Positions 19,121-29,085 of a stretch of DNA of 52,785 nucleotides are shown here, piece by piece. Every line of letters begins with the position of its first letter. Position 1 is the stretch's first letter. Source of the DNA: a virus (Duplodnaviria; Caudoviricetes); the IMG/VR virus record IMGVR_UViG_3300042291_002130, positions 1 to 52,785 of that record; one strand, given 5' to 3'. Under the pieces are notes generated by a model. That model made no database searches. It was not told the origin of the DNA and saw only the letters and a program-made list of their open reading frames with translations. Both the position numbers and the translations under genes were made by a program.

Positions 19121-20845
19121 ATGTTTAAACCAAATCCTTTAGGCTTAACCGATGGTTACAAAGTCGGACATAAGTCAATGTTAGCACCAGGCACAGATTT
19201 CTTATATGGAACGTGGATTCCTAGAAGTTTAAAGTATGCTGCTCCGGGAATCGAAAAAATACTTTCATCAGGTCAACAACTTGCATGGATGTGGCTTCAT
19301 GATCAATTTGAAGATAACTTCTTTAATCAATCAATTGAAATTGCTCAGAAATTTGGTAGAGATATGTCAAAATATTTAGGATTAACTTATGATTCTACCC
19401 ATTTTGAAGACCTTCACAAGTTAGGTTACTTACCAATAAAAGTTAAAGCTCTTCCTGAAGGATGTGAGACTTTACCTAATATTCCACATCAAACATTTGT
19501 TAATACTGTCCCCGGATATGCCTGGTTAACTCTATACTTGGAAACTCCAGTTTCATATGCTTCTTGGAAAACTCCAACTAATGCAACTTTAGCATTACAG
19601 TATCGTAGGAATGCAACTGATTGGGTAATGAAAACAGATTCAGATAATGCATGGTTTATTGATTATTCATGTCACGATTTTGCTTCTCGAGGATTAGATC
19701 CATTCTCAGTAATTTCTTCTGGCCTGGCTCACTCATTCTCTTTTATTGGATCAGATACCCTTATTGTAATTGACGCTGCTCGTTATTTCTATGGAGTTGG
19801 TGAAGATGAAGTATGTATCGCATCAGTTAATGCATCCGAACATAGCGTAACGTGCACAGGGATTTTCTACTTCTTAGATAAATTAAAATCTGGTGAACTA
19901 GATCATGAAATCGATACTTATTACTCTTATGATATTTCAGCGACTGCTTCAACTCAAGAGAATCCAGATTTTATGGCAATTGCTGAATGGTTAAATTTAA
20001 AGAGATGGTTAGAGATATTTCCAGTTGGAATCCTATCAGTCGTATCTGATACCTTTGACCTATTCCGAGTTATTTCTGAAATCTTACCTCGTTTAAAAGA
20101 TCAAATTATGGCACGTGATGGCAAATTAGTTATCCGTCCTGATTCTGGTGATCCGGTTGATATTACTTGCGGAATTAATACGCAAGATAATATTTCAATT
20201 CGAATACAAGGTTTAGGCGAATATTATTCAAGAACTAATAAAAGTGGCCAAACTATATCAGACTGGACTAAAACAGCTGTTACTGAATGTAAAGGAGTAA
20301 TTGAATTACTTTGGGATATTTTTGGAGGTACCATTAGTAAAGAAGGATTTAGAGTTTTAGACTCGCATATTGGTGCAATTTATGGAGACTCAATTAATTT
20401 AGAGAGACAAGTCCAAATTTATAAAAGGCTTGCATCAAAAAGATTTGCAGCAACAAATATTGTTTTAGGAGTCGGTTCATTTACATACCAATTTAATACT
20501 CGAGATACAAATGGTTATGCTGCAAAAGGTGCTCAATTTGAAGCAAATGGCGTATCGTTTGATATCTTCAAAGATCCTGTAACTGATGATGGTACTAAGA
20601 AATCTTTAAAAGGATACTGTCAAGTTATTAATACTCGACCAGATGCAAAATCTGATGAATTATTATATGATGGATTAGATCAAATAGAAGTTCGAATTAG
20701 TTGTACTAAAGAAGAGGAAGATTGCGGATTATTACAAACTATTTATGAAAATGGTAAATTCTATAATCAAGTAACTCTAGATGAAATTAGAAATAGAGTT
20801 CGTACCTTATCTACTGTACGCCAATTAGAAACTGCACACCAATGA
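19121..20845 (+). CDS. nadV: Nicotinamide phosphoribosyltransferase-like protein (NadV/Namat)
   Basis: TDGYKVGH, LPI.VKALPEG, HDF.SRG, ASEHSV, SVVSDTFD, VIRPDSGDP, IYGDSI, GVGSFTYQ..TRDT, KDPVTDDGTKKS.KG. Confidence 0.92.
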   Translation: MFKPNPLGLTDGYKVGHKSMLAPGTDFLYGTWIPRSLKYAAPGIEKILSSGQQLAWMWLHDQFEDNFFNQSIEIAQKFGRDMSKYLGLTYDSTHFEDLHKLGYLPIKVKALPEGCETLPNIPHQTFVNTVPGYAWLTLYLETPVSYASWKTPTNATLALQYRRNATDWVMKTDSDNAWFIDYSCHDFASRGLDPFSVISSGLAHSFSFIGSDTLIVIDAARYFYGVGEDEVCIASVNASEHSVTCTGIFYFLDKLKSGELDHEIDTYYSYDISATASTQENPDFMAIAEWLNLKRWLEIFPVGILSVVSDTFDLFRVISEILPRLKDQIMARDGKLVIRPDSGDPVDITCGINTQDNISIRIQGLGEYYSRTNKSGQTISDWTKTAVTECKGVIELLWDIFGGTISKEGFRVLDSHIGAIYGDSINLERQVQIYKRLASKRFAATNIVLGVGSFTYQFNTRDTNGYAAKGAQFEANGVSFDIFKDPVTDDGTKKSLKGYCQVINTRPDAKSDELLYDGLDQIEVRISCTKEEEDCGLLQTIYENGKFYNQVTLDEIRNRVRTLSTVRQLETAHQ

Positions 20846-21222
20846 AGCATTTAATATTCTTAATTGATATTGATGGCACAATATGCGAAGATATTAAAAA
20901 TGAAGATTCCCACTTATATTCAACTGCAAAAGCTCTGCCTGGAGCAGTTGAAAGGTGTAATCAATGGCATAAGAGTGGAGCTCAAATCCATTTCTTCACT
21001 GCTCGAGAATCTAAAGATCGTGAAGTAACTGAATCATGGCTAACTGATAATGGTTTCAAATATCATGGTCTTATAATGGATAAACCTAGAATTAAAGATG
21101 GCCAAGAGTATATTTGGGTAGATAATCGAAAAGTACGAGCTATTACTTTTAAAGGTATCTGGTCAGACTTAGTTAAATATACCAAGAATATTTTATCTTT
21201 TCGAGAAGACTACCATGATTAA
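20842..21222 (+). CDS. HAD-superfamily phosphatase (capless)
   Basis: LIDIDGTI, FFTAR, MDKPR, WVDN. Confidence 0.8.
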   Translation: MKHLIFLIDIDGTICEDIKNEDSHLYSTAKALPGAVERCNQWHKSGAQIHFFTARESKDREVTESWLTDNGFKYHGLIMDKPRIKDGQEYIWVDNRKVRAITFKGIWSDLVKYTKNILSFREDYHD

Positions 21223-21565
21223 AGTAATTATTGCAGGTGGTCGAGATTTTAAAGATTACGAAAAACTTAAAAACATTTGTGATATTGCATTTAAGAGTTA
21301 TCCTCAAGTTGAGATCGTTAGTGGCACAGCACACGGAGCTGACTTGCTAGGGGAACAGTATGCTAATGATAGAGGACACCTGATAAAACGATTCCCTGCA
21401 GATTGGGATAATTATGGCAAGGGAGCAGGGTTTCGCAGGAATGTCGAGATGGCCGAATATGCTGGTGCACTATTAGCCTTTTGGGATGGGTCAAGTCGAG
21501 GTACACAACATATGATTAACACAGCAAAGAAAAAAGGATTAAAGATAAAAATAATAAAATATTAA
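21215..21565 (+). CDS. SLOG/YspA-like protein (DUF2493)
   Basis: KVIIAGGRDF.DY...IVSGTAHGAD...FPADW..YGK.AG..RN..MA...FWDG.SRGT.HMI. Confidence 0.85.
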   Translation: MIKVIIAGGRDFKDYEKLKNICDIAFKSYPQVEIVSGTAHGADLLGEQYANDRGHLIKRFPADWDNYGKGAGFRRNVEMAEYAGALLAFWDGSSRGTQHMINTAKKKGLKIKIIKY

Positions 21566-21573
21566 ATTTAATT

Positions 21574-21583
21574 TAGTATAATA
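21574..21583 (+). promoter_or_regulatory. Recurrent TAGTATAATA promoter-like motif (probable middle class)
   Basis: Also near 889, 14284, 27289, 37157, 41103 (+) and 47545, 51875 (-). Variants TAGTAGAATA (~19095) and TAGTATTATA (~33913, ~46235). Found upstream of non-structural operons. Confidence 0.55.
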
Positions 21584-21591
21584 ATATTAAG

Positions 21592-22002
21592 ATGAAAGTA
21601 TATTGTAAAAGTTGTAAGAAACCTACAGAACACCGTCAAAAGTTAGGAGGAACTGTTTGTAATTCTTGTGATGTTATAAACTATCCAGTTTATCTTGAAA
21701 GAATTAATGATGGTAGAAGTAATATTGGAAACACTGCTATTTGGATAGAGTGGACCGACGACGGTAGAGGTAAAGCAAGTCATCCTGATCCGCGGATAGG
21801 ATATAGCCTATGTTTAGATCCATATGTAATCAAACCGGATTTTCCTGGATTAGAGGATCATATAACTACTCCAGGATATGGCTGGCTTACTACATCAGTT
21901 ACTGAAATAATTGAAGATAAAAAAATAAAGTCAGTTCGTCAAATTCACTTTAAAACTAAAAATTCAGAATATATTTTACACTATAGTACACCAAAATCAT
22001 GA
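21592..22002 (+). CDS. Hypothetical protein with N-terminal Zn ribbon
   Basis: CKSC...H...CNSC. Confidence 0.6.
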   Translation: MKVYCKSCKKPTEHRQKLGGTVCNSCDVINYPVYLERINDGRSNIGNTAIWIEWTDDGRGKASHPDPRIGYSLCLDPYVIKPDFPGLEDHITTPGYGWLTTSVTEIIEDKKIKSVRQIHFKTKNSEYILHYSTPKS

Positions 22003-22178
22003 CAAAAGTAGCACTCATAATCGTCCTGTTAATATGTTCAATACTTTGTTGGTTATTTGCAACAACCGCTCGAGTAAATAATGAACATAATAAGACAGCA
22101 TTTATTATTAAATCAATTTTCTATTGGCTTGCGATCACTATTGCATTTTCAATAGGTTACTTAATATCTAGCATATGA
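21999..22178 (+). CDS. Small two-TM protein (59 aa; below the ORF-track cutoff)
   Basis: Translated by hand: MTKVALIIVLLICSILCWLF...FYWLAITIAFSIGYLISSI; ATGA overlaps at both ends. Confidence 0.65.
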   Translation: MTKVALIIVLLICSILCWLFATTARVNNEHNKTAFIIKSIFYWLAITIAFSIGYLISSI

Positions 22179-22381
22179 AACAATTAGAATGGAAAGAAAT
22201 TAAAAGCACAGTTCAATGCTTTCAGCTTGATGGTGAACCTGAACTGATTCATGTTATTAAGACAGGATTTAATGATATGTATATGATAGTGCATGAAGAT
22301 GCGTATGAGTTTTCTCTAGGTCTAGTTGAGTATGGGACTAGAGAATTAATTGAACACAAATATAATATAAAATTAAATTAA
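22175..22381 (+). CDS. Hypothetical protein
   Basis: ORF within the operon. Confidence 0.55.
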   Translation: MKQLEWKEIKSTVQCFQLDGEPELIHVIKTGFNDMYMIVHEDAYEFSLGLVEYGTRELIEHKYNIKLN

Positions 22382-22383
22382 TT

Positions 22384-22866
22384 ATGGAAAAAGAAATTAT
22401 CTTAAATCAAATTAAAACACCAGATGGAACTATCCTAATGTCTATGCATCGTCACGATTATGTAACGTATGATGATGCAAATGGATTAACTTATATGGTA
22501 GATGGAGGTAGTGAATATCTACGTAGAAATATTCATAGAACTGAGTTAACTCCGATTAACCGTATTATAGTTAAGATTAAATCAATGCTTGGTATAAAAT
22601 GGCGTGATCCATTAGAATATACTGAACTTTCAATATTTAGTGATGCCCCATTTGAAGTAATTCGTGAGAGCTTTCATAGAGGAGGTCGTGGAAAGGATGG
22701 CACTGAACCTTTAACTTGGGTACCAATGGATAAGATGAGTGACGATTGGTTATTAGCGTGTATTAAGTATAATAATGATCATGGTAGAATGGATTGCTTT
22801 GCAAATACATTATATTCAAAGGAATTAGAATATCGCCAAGAAAATAATATACATATTGCAGATTAA
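22384..22866 (+). CDS. Conserved phage hypothetical protein
   Basis: S.HRHDY...VDGG.EYLRR motif. Confidence 0.6.
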   Translation: MEKEIILNQIKTPDGTILMSMHRHDYVTYDDANGLTYMVDGGSEYLRRNIHRTELTPINRIIVKIKSMLGIKWRDPLEYTELSIFSDAPFEVIRESFHRGGRGKDGTEPLTWVPMDKMSDDWLLACIKYNNDHGRMDCFANTLYSKELEYRQENNIHIAD

Positions 22867-23426
22867 TCTACCTCAGTATCTACTGAGGTTTCAGTTGAAG
22901 TAGTAGCAATCGGTGGTTCCATTTGTGTATCCTGTTGAGAAATATATTCATCGTATATTTCTCTAGCACTAGCAGTACGTAGTATACTTGATGCAGCACC
23001 TTCATATTTAATAGCAATAATCGATGCTGCTGACTCAACAGTTGGAGCCGCTTCTACTAATTGTTTAATAGGTTTAGTTACAGTAAAATATTTACTATTT
23101 AATTCAATATTAATAAATTCAAGTTGACCATCAATTGATTGCCACTTAGGTAACTTCTTTAAGCTACTTAATCTTGAATCTCCCCATTGAACTAATCCGT
23201 AGTGGCCAGAAGTAGCCTTTAGATTAGGTTCAAATTTAGATTCTGCAAAAATATTTCCACAAAGAGCTGCTGCTAGCTTTGGAGAATATTCATATTTAGT
23301 AACGAGTTTATCCATTATAGATAACGCAATATTAAAAAGGTGGGAGTATTTCCCACCTTTTTCTTTATTAAAATATGAAGCTTCATTTAGTCGCTTCCAT
23401 TGTTTAAATTCTAAAATATATCCCAT
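22863..23426 (-). CDS. Phage tail lysozyme (Phage_lysozyme2-like), virion-associated
   Basis: AAALCGNIFAES.F.P...YGLVQW...R...QLEFI..EL...YE...R...A; N-terminus ILEFKQWKRLNEA. Confidence 0.8.
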   Translation of the reverse strand: MGYILEFKQWKRLNEASYFNKEKGGKYSHLFNIALSIMDKLVTKYEYSPKLAAALCGNIFAESKFEPNLKATSGHYGLVQWGDSRLSSLKKLPKWQSIDGQLEFINIELNSKYFTVTKPIKQLVEAAPTVESAASIIAIKYEGAASSILRTASAREIYDEYISQQDTQMEPPIATTSTETSVDTEVD

Positions 23427-23432
23427 TAGTTA

Positions 23433-24812
23433 TTAGAATAACCAGCTTTCTGAATCTTCTTCAGGTCCAGTGGCTGATGATTTTTTAAATATGTTGTCAG
23501 TGTCAGCTGATTTAATTCCTAATGCACCTGCAATACTTACATTTGGTGTTTTAATTTTACTAGTAACTAAAAATGCTGCAAATTTATCAATTACTCCATC
23601 TAATGTGTGTTTAGCAATCATACTTGGAATTGATGCATAGTCACCAGCCGTAGGTAAGTCCCTTCTGTATTTTTCAGGCTGAGCTTCTCTAAATCCTGTT
23701 TCAGGTGATCTGCTCTCTTCATCTGGACTAAATTTCTTACGTTGAACCGTGTATCGACCTGTCCATGAAATACCTACCTCATTCTCTTGTTCTAATTCAA
23801 AACCTGAAGTTTTTTTATATGCACTCGGAGCTCCTTCTACTCCACCTCTACCTTCATTGTATAATTCTTTTCTAAAATCTCTAAATTTTGAAAATAACCA
23901 AGCCTGTACTTTAGCAGGATTCCCGCCGATCGCAGTAGATAATTCATTTATTTCAGGGAATAGTGCACCTCTAAAACCATTTTCATTATTAGCGTCAGCT
24001 TCAATCTTATTCTTAATTTGAGTATTTAATTTAGGAACGATCTTTGAAAAACGATTAGCAAAAACTCTTAAAAAGTCAGGTGATAATACTTGACCTTTAG
24101 CAGACGTCCTAGTTTCCCGAGTAACTCTAGGTTCTTCTTGTGGTGCAACTGGGATATTATATATAAATAACGGTTTTTCTAGAGAAGGTGCATACTTTTT
24201 CTCTCCTTGTCTAGTCATTGCTCTTACAAACTCTTGGATCTTACCATTAGTGTTTCCGCCTTTAGTATCATGTACTCCTCGTAATTGTAAACGGTCAACT
24301 CCACTAGTTGTTAATTCAGAATATCCATAATCAACTGCTTTCTTTTTTTCAGGATCCCATGCAATGACAGCATACTGTTCTCCAGTTGCACCTTTACTTG
24401 GTTGTTTATGATAAAGAAACATAAAGAAATCGATCTCTGGATTTACTACAAAGATTCTGATTTCACCAAATGGAATTGATTGAAGATACCAAGCAAAATC
24501 AGTATATTCACTTTTAACCTCCTTGTTTTGGAATGGGCTACTATTTGATTTACGACCTCTTAATTTAATTGGATCAGGTATTTCAACATTTGGTGAAGGA
24601 ATAAAATAATTATATGGCATTGGAACAGCTGCTCTAGATTTATAAGTATGTCCCATTTGAGGATATTGATTACTATAGTGTTCCTCCTTTGTGTGGATAG
24701 TCCTAATCATTTCTTTAGGTAATCCAATTTGACTTAAATTTGAATCTTCAAAAATCGCATTGTTTACATACGATTCAAATTCTTTAATTAATCCGCCTTC
24801 TTTATTAAGCAT
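23433..24812 (-). CDS. Virion-internal protein candidate
   Basis: N-terminal LIKEFESYVNNAIFED; AATAAATA upstream. Confidence 0.55.
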   Translation of the reverse strand: MLNKEGGLIKEFESYVNNAIFEDSNLSQIGLPKEMIRTIHTKEEHYSNQYPQMGHTYKSRAAVPMPYNYFIPSPNVEIPDPIKLRGRKSNSSPFQNKEVKSEYTDFAWYLQSIPFGEIRIFVVNPEIDFFMFLYHKQPSKGATGEQYAVIAWDPEKKKAVDYGYSELTTSGVDRLQLRGVHDTKGGNTNGKIQEFVRAMTRQGEKKYAPSLEKPLFIYNIPVAPQEEPRVTRETRTSAKGQVLSPDFLRVFANRFSKIVPKLNTQIKNKIEADANNENGFRGALFPEINELSTAIGGNPAKVQAWLFSKFRDFRKELYNEGRGGVEGAPSAYKKTSGFELEQENEVGISWTGRYTVQRKKFSPDEESRSPETGFREAQPEKYRRDLPTAGDYASIPSMIAKHTLDGVIDKFAAFLVTSKIKTPNVSIAGALGIKSADTDNIFKKSSATGPEEDSESWLF

Positions 24813-24865
24813 TATTCAAAGTTTTTTATTATTTATTCGATAAATAATAAAAAATATTTTATATT

Positions 24866-26074
24866 TTGATAAAGGATTTTAAAAATTTCATATTAGAAGC
24901 CCTAACTTTAAAGAAGAGTGGTGGTGCACACTACTTGGAAAGAGTAGATACTCGATTATCTAATCTTAAAATAGTTGGATTTACTGATTCTGCTGGAAAA
25001 AAAGTAAACGTTTCTAATGAGGAAACTCTTGCAGCTCAATCATTTTATCGAAAGGCTCTTGCTAAGATTGCTAATCCTGAAGAGAGTAAAATATTTAGTG
25101 AATTAGATATTAAACCTGGGCATATTGGAATTATTCGATTAGGTAAATCTAAAGTGACACTATCTTCTGGCGAAATAGTTGAACCTGTGTTTAAAGTATA
25201 TGAACGCACTGATAAAATAACTGGTGCCCCTATTTCAAGAACAGGTAAATGTTTTTGGTTATTTACAATAGGTTCACAAGTATCAACTATTAAATTATAT
25301 AATATTGACGGTAACTCCCCATCTGAAAAGGAATACTTAGTTAATAAATCAATTGAGCATTTAAAATCAGATCGTGAAGCTGAACTTGCTAAAATATCTA
25401 GAGTATTTTCAGTTAGTATTGATTCAGTTGAAGATCTTGCTAAAAGACACAGCATTGTTTTAACTCCAGCCGGAATATCAATTATTGGATTGCATCTTAA
25501 TTCAGATGAATCAATTGATACTCAACTTAAATCATTTTTCTCAGGTTCATTAAATAAGAAAGAGGAAAAAGTTACACTTATTCCTAATATAGATTTAGAT
25601 GCTGACTTTAGTCTTGAAATGGTTCCTAAGCAAATGAATATTACTCCTGATAAAGTATGGCTGCTTGAGAAAAATACTAAATTTAATACTTGGGGAGCAA
25701 TGCCTATTATAGGATCTAAGCAAACTAAAGGACTATCTGGAAATGAAATTCAAATTAAAGTGGGTAAAAAATGGCTACATTGGCTAGATAACCCAAGCTT
25801 TAATACTCCTATGCAAATTGATAGAATTATTAAAAAAGGAGATTCTATTTCATTAGGCAAAGAATTAGGAAATGGGGACTGGCTTATTAATACTGGAGTT
25901 ATTACAGATATTGCAACTGACTCTCGATCAATAGATCCATATGTAAAAACTAATGGTTGGGCATCAACTGATATAATTAATAAAGAGGATGCTGCAATAA
26001 TCTTTAAAGATTATCGAGCAACTAATGAGGCTGAGAATCCTTTGTTAGACTTTAATAGTTTTATTAATCTCTAA
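24866..26074 (+). CDS. Virion-internal protein candidate (CTS-like motif at both ends)
   Basis: MIKDFKNFILEA...LLDFNSFINL; GATAAATA at 24839. Confidence 0.6.
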   Translation: MIKDFKNFILEALTLKKSGGAHYLERVDTRLSNLKIVGFTDSAGKKVNVSNEETLAAQSFYRKALAKIANPEESKIFSELDIKPGHIGIIRLGKSKVTLSSGEIVEPVFKVYERTDKITGAPISRTGKCFWLFTIGSQVSTIKLYNIDGNSPSEKEYLVNKSIEHLKSDREAELAKISRVFSVSIDSVEDLAKRHSIVLTPAGISIIGLHLNSDESIDTQLKSFFSGSLNKKEEKVTLIPNIDLDADFSLEMVPKQMNITPDKVWLLEKNTKFNTWGAMPIIGSKQTKGLSGNEIQIKVGKKWLHWLDNPSFNTPMQIDRIIKKGDSISLGKELGNGDWLINTGVITDIATDSRSIDPYVKTNGWASTDIINKEDAAIIFKDYRATNEAENPLLDFNSFINL

Positions 26075-26387
26075 ACTTTCCAGGATAAAATCTTCTTAAT
26101 GGATCTCCTTGTGGAATATATTTAGTTTTAATTCCAAAAATCTTTTTATCTTCACCAGAATAATTTGAATCTTCTATTTTAAAACCATGACGATTTGCCC
26201 ATCCTTTAATAAAAGGTAATTGTAAAGGTTGACCTATTGTAAAATCAGGTTTAAGCTGAGTTCTATTATCAATTGATTGTATTGCACCATGTTCAACACG
26301 TAATATAATCTTACCTTTAATTGGAGATGTAAGTGTAATTGTTTGTGACCTTTGCCAGCTTTCATATAATTGAATATATTGTTTCAT
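26064..26387 (-). CDS. Small late protein with CTS-like N-terminus
   Basis: MKQYIQLYES; GATAAATA at 26394-26401. Confidence 0.6.
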   Translation of the reverse strand: MKQYIQLYESWQRSQTITLTSPIKGKIILRVEHGAIQSIDNRTQLKPDFTIGQPLQLPFIKGWANRHGFKIEDSNYSGEDKKIFGIKTKYIPQGDPLRRFYPGKFRD

Positions 26388-26410
26388 ATACTTTATTTAT
26401 CTCAATAAAC

Positions 26411-26436
26411 AAAAAAGGATCTCAATGGAGATCCTT
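26411..26436 (-). terminator. Rho-independent terminator
   Basis: AAGGATCTC/GAGATCCTT stem with a U-tract on the minus strand. Confidence 0.7.
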
Positions 26437-26456
26437 AGTAAGCCTGACATTAAAAG

Positions 26457-27143
26457 TTATATTTTAGTTCCACACGCTGGACAAAACTTCCAGTTTGATT
26501 TTTTATGACGTTGACCACAATTTGAACAATAGTTTCGAATATTATTAGATTCGATTGGAACCATGCCTTCCGGTAGAATTTGTAAATTCACTAGATTTAT
26601 CGGCCATGTATTATACTTTGAAAATTCACTAGAGAATTTTTGATTTGAATTCTCACCTTTTTCAGTTCTTCCAGTTTCAACGTATGATGCATTTGCTCCA
26701 ATAATAGTTGTACTTAAATTATTGACTGTTGTTCCTCCAAATGAAGGCATTTGAGTACTACCATATGTCCAAACCATTGGCATTGGTGCAACATTCGTTA
26801 ATTCACTATAGAAAGAAACATCCACCTTTCCATTATGTTCAATTACTTTACTTGAAGCAGTAGATTCATATGTTTCAAATAGAAATTTATGTGGAGAATC
26901 TATCCACCGATCAAGGAAAACTCTTTCCCCTGGTCGAATACTTATTCCAGTTTGAGAAACATCAGCTCCATCAATTTTAATCTGAGCTAATACTTTAGTT
27001 TGAGTTGGATTAAATAATTCTATTTCAAAATGAGTTCCGCCTTTTAAATAGACTATTCCATTTGTGTAATGTTTTAATCGATTACGATTTACTGCAATAT
27101 TTGCAGATGGGCTCGAATAGCCAGTAGTTAAAGAATGATACAT
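26457..27143 (-). CDS. Hypothetical protein with C-terminal double-CxxC zinc ribbon
   Basis: YCSNCG...WKFCPACGTKI. Confidence 0.7.
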   Translation of the reverse strand: MYHSLTTGYSSPSANIAVNRNRLKHYTNGIVYLKGGTHFEIELFNPTQTKVLAQIKIDGADVSQTGISIRPGERVFLDRWIDSPHKFLFETYESTASSKVIEHNGKVDVSFYSELTNVAPMPMVWTYGSTQMPSFGGTTVNNLSTTIIGANASYVETGRTEKGENSNQKFSSEFSKYNTWPINLVNLQILPEGMVPIESNNIRNYCSNCGQRHKKSNWKFCPACGTKI

Positions 27144-27167
27144 AGTTTTACCTGTTATTTTTTATTA

Positions 27168-27241
27168 AGTTGACGTCATTATGGCGATTAAACCATTCGA
27201 AAGTTACATTAACTCGACGCCAACTAGAGTGCCAGGCTCTA
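27168..27241 (-). ncRNA. Candidate structured cis-regulatory RNA (hairpin + 3-way junction) in a 5' leader
   Basis: Minus strand: UAGAG/CUCUA hairpin, then a 10-bp stem AGUUGGCGUC/GACGUCAACU enclosing GAGUUA/UAACUU and AUGG/CCAU hairpins. The two G-U pairs only form on the minus strand. Confidence 0.5.
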
Positions 27242-27330
27242 ATAAATTAAACTATTGATCCTAATAAAGTTTTAAAAAATATTTTTTATAGTATAATATC
27301 AGCATATTGTTAAACCTAAAAACTTAAATT

Positions 27331-27888
27331 ATGTTATACAAATTTGATAAACGTAAATCTAGATACGTTGTTGCTACTAAATTTTATGTTAGGGCAGCCT
27401 TTAGTCTTGGACTAATTTGTTTTATAACTTATTTACTTACATCATTTCATATATCTAGAAAGCTAACTGACTCTGGCAATATTTCTGAGGAGATCCGAAC
27501 ACTTGTCATAAATTCTGAATATAAGTTTAGTCGAGCTAAATTAAAGGAATACTTAGTTGAACTAAATGTTCGATTCCCACATATTGTTTTTGCACAAGCT
27601 CAACTTGAGTCAGGTAATTTTAAATCCAATATCTTTTTAGAAAATAATAATCTCTTTGGAATGAAGGTGGCTAAACGAAGACCTACTACAAATAAAGGAG
27701 AAAATAGAGGACACGCTTATTTTAATTCATGGAAAGAGTGTGTAGTCGATTATGCTTTTTATCAAGCTGCTTATTTACATGATTTAAAAAATGAACAGGA
27801 TTACTTACAATACCTTAAGTCAAATTATGCAGAGGACCCTAATTATTATCAACGACTTACTGAATTATTAAAAAAGAGAAAGCGATGA
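27331..27888 (+). CDS. GH73 glucosaminidase with N-terminal TM anchor (endolysin candidate)
   Basis: AQAQLESGNF.S...NNLFGMK...YF.SW...DY...YAEDPNY. Confidence 0.85.
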   Translation: MLYKFDKRKSRYVVATKFYVRAAFSLGLICFITYLLTSFHISRKLTDSGNISEEIRTLVINSEYKFSRAKLKEYLVELNVRFPHIVFAQAQLESGNFKSNIFLENNNLFGMKVAKRRPTTNKGENRGHAYFNSWKECVVDYAFYQAAYLHDLKNEQDYLQYLKSNYAEDPNYYQRLTELLKKRKR

Positions 27889-28271
27889 AGGTATCATTTG
27901 ATTTCGACTCAACATTAAGTAGAAGGGACGTTCAGGAATATGCAACTTCTCTAGTTAATAGTAACTATGAAGTATGGATAGTAACCTCACGGTGTGCAAC
28001 TGAACCAGCTCTTGAGAAGGGTTGGCATTGGGTGACTAAACAGAATCAAGAACTATATGATGTTGCAGAAGCTTGCGGAATTCTTAAAGAAAGAATTGTA
28101 TTTACTGATCATGTAGATAAGATAGTTTACTTAAAAGGAAAAGGTTTTGCTTTTCACTTAGATGACGATCCTGATGAACTTATTTATATCTTTGAAAGCG
28201 GCGATCCATGTATTCCAATAAACGTTGATTACTTTGCATGGAAAGAAGAATGTGATAAAATATTAAAATAA
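27885..28271 (+). CDS. HAD-like protein
   Basis: VSFDFDSTL, IVTSR, FHLDDD. Confidence 0.75.
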   Translation: MKVSFDFDSTLSRRDVQEYATSLVNSNYEVWIVTSRCATEPALEKGWHWVTKQNQELYDVAEACGILKERIVFTDHVDKIVYLKGKGFAFHLDDDPDELIYIFESGDPCIPINVDYFAWKEECDKILK

Positions 28272-28279
28272 AAAGTAAC

Positions 28280-29068
28280 ATGACTGAAGAAGAATTAAAA
28301 ATGAATCATTCAATTGCATTATTCATGGATGATTATTATGATACTGGTTTAGAACCTGCATATTATATTAGAAACAACAAAGTGTATTCTTTAAATGATG
28401 CACAATATCACTCTTCTTGGGACTGGCTAATGACCGTAGTTGATAAAATAGAGGATCTTGGGTTCAGAGTATATATTACTCAGTATTCATGTCAGATTTA
28501 TCAAGTTGATAAAACATTCCCTGATAGTTTTATTATAGATGCAGATTTTAAACTAACTCGATTAGAAAATGCAATCGACGGAATTTCCTCTTTTGCTGAA
28601 TGGTGGAATAAAAAAGCGATTCAGCCTGCAATTGACAAACGATCAAATCTTATTGGAGACGTGAATGAATTTATTGATGATTGGTTACTTGACAAAATAA
28701 GATTCGATGAGGATCATATTTTTGAAAAGGAAATACGACCTGGAAAGACCAGAAAATATTATGAGATCTATCCTAAAGGTTCGTCAACTCGTAAATATCT
28801 TGAAGAAAGAATGAGAAATAGTATCGAAAGACTTTTTAAAATCAGAGGAAATGAGTATAATAATCTAAAGGAAGATGAAATGGTTTTTATTCTAGATTCT
28901 GATCAAGTTGCAGCATATCGTGAATGGGCAAAAAATAAAACTCTGCCATCTACTACAATCGGCGGAGCATATGAAATATGTTTTACTCAAACAGATATAG
29001 GCACTTTTGCTGAAGTCAAATGTGTAGATGGAACTACATTACAACTTACTGATTATTCTAAGCTTTAA
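28280..29068 (+). CDS. Hypothetical multi-module protein
   Basis: YHSSWDWLM.VVDKIE module fused to unrelated C-terminal segments. Confidence 0.6.
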   Translation: MTEEELKMNHSIALFMDDYYDTGLEPAYYIRNNKVYSLNDAQYHSSWDWLMTVVDKIEDLGFRVYITQYSCQIYQVDKTFPDSFIIDADFKLTRLENAIDGISSFAEWWNKKAIQPAIDKRSNLIGDVNEFIDDWLLDKIRFDEDHIFEKEIRPGKTRKYYEIYPKGSSTRKYLEERMRNSIERLFKIRGNEYNNLKEDEMVFILDSDQVAAYREWAKNKTLPSTTIGGAYEICFTQTDIGTFAEVKCVDGTTLQLTDYSKL

Positions 29069-29085
29069 TTTAAAACCCAAATAAT

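Noticed and set aside
27168-27225. Hammerhead ribozyme
   Set aside because: A three-way junction and CGAAA are present, but there is no CUGAnGA core on either strand.
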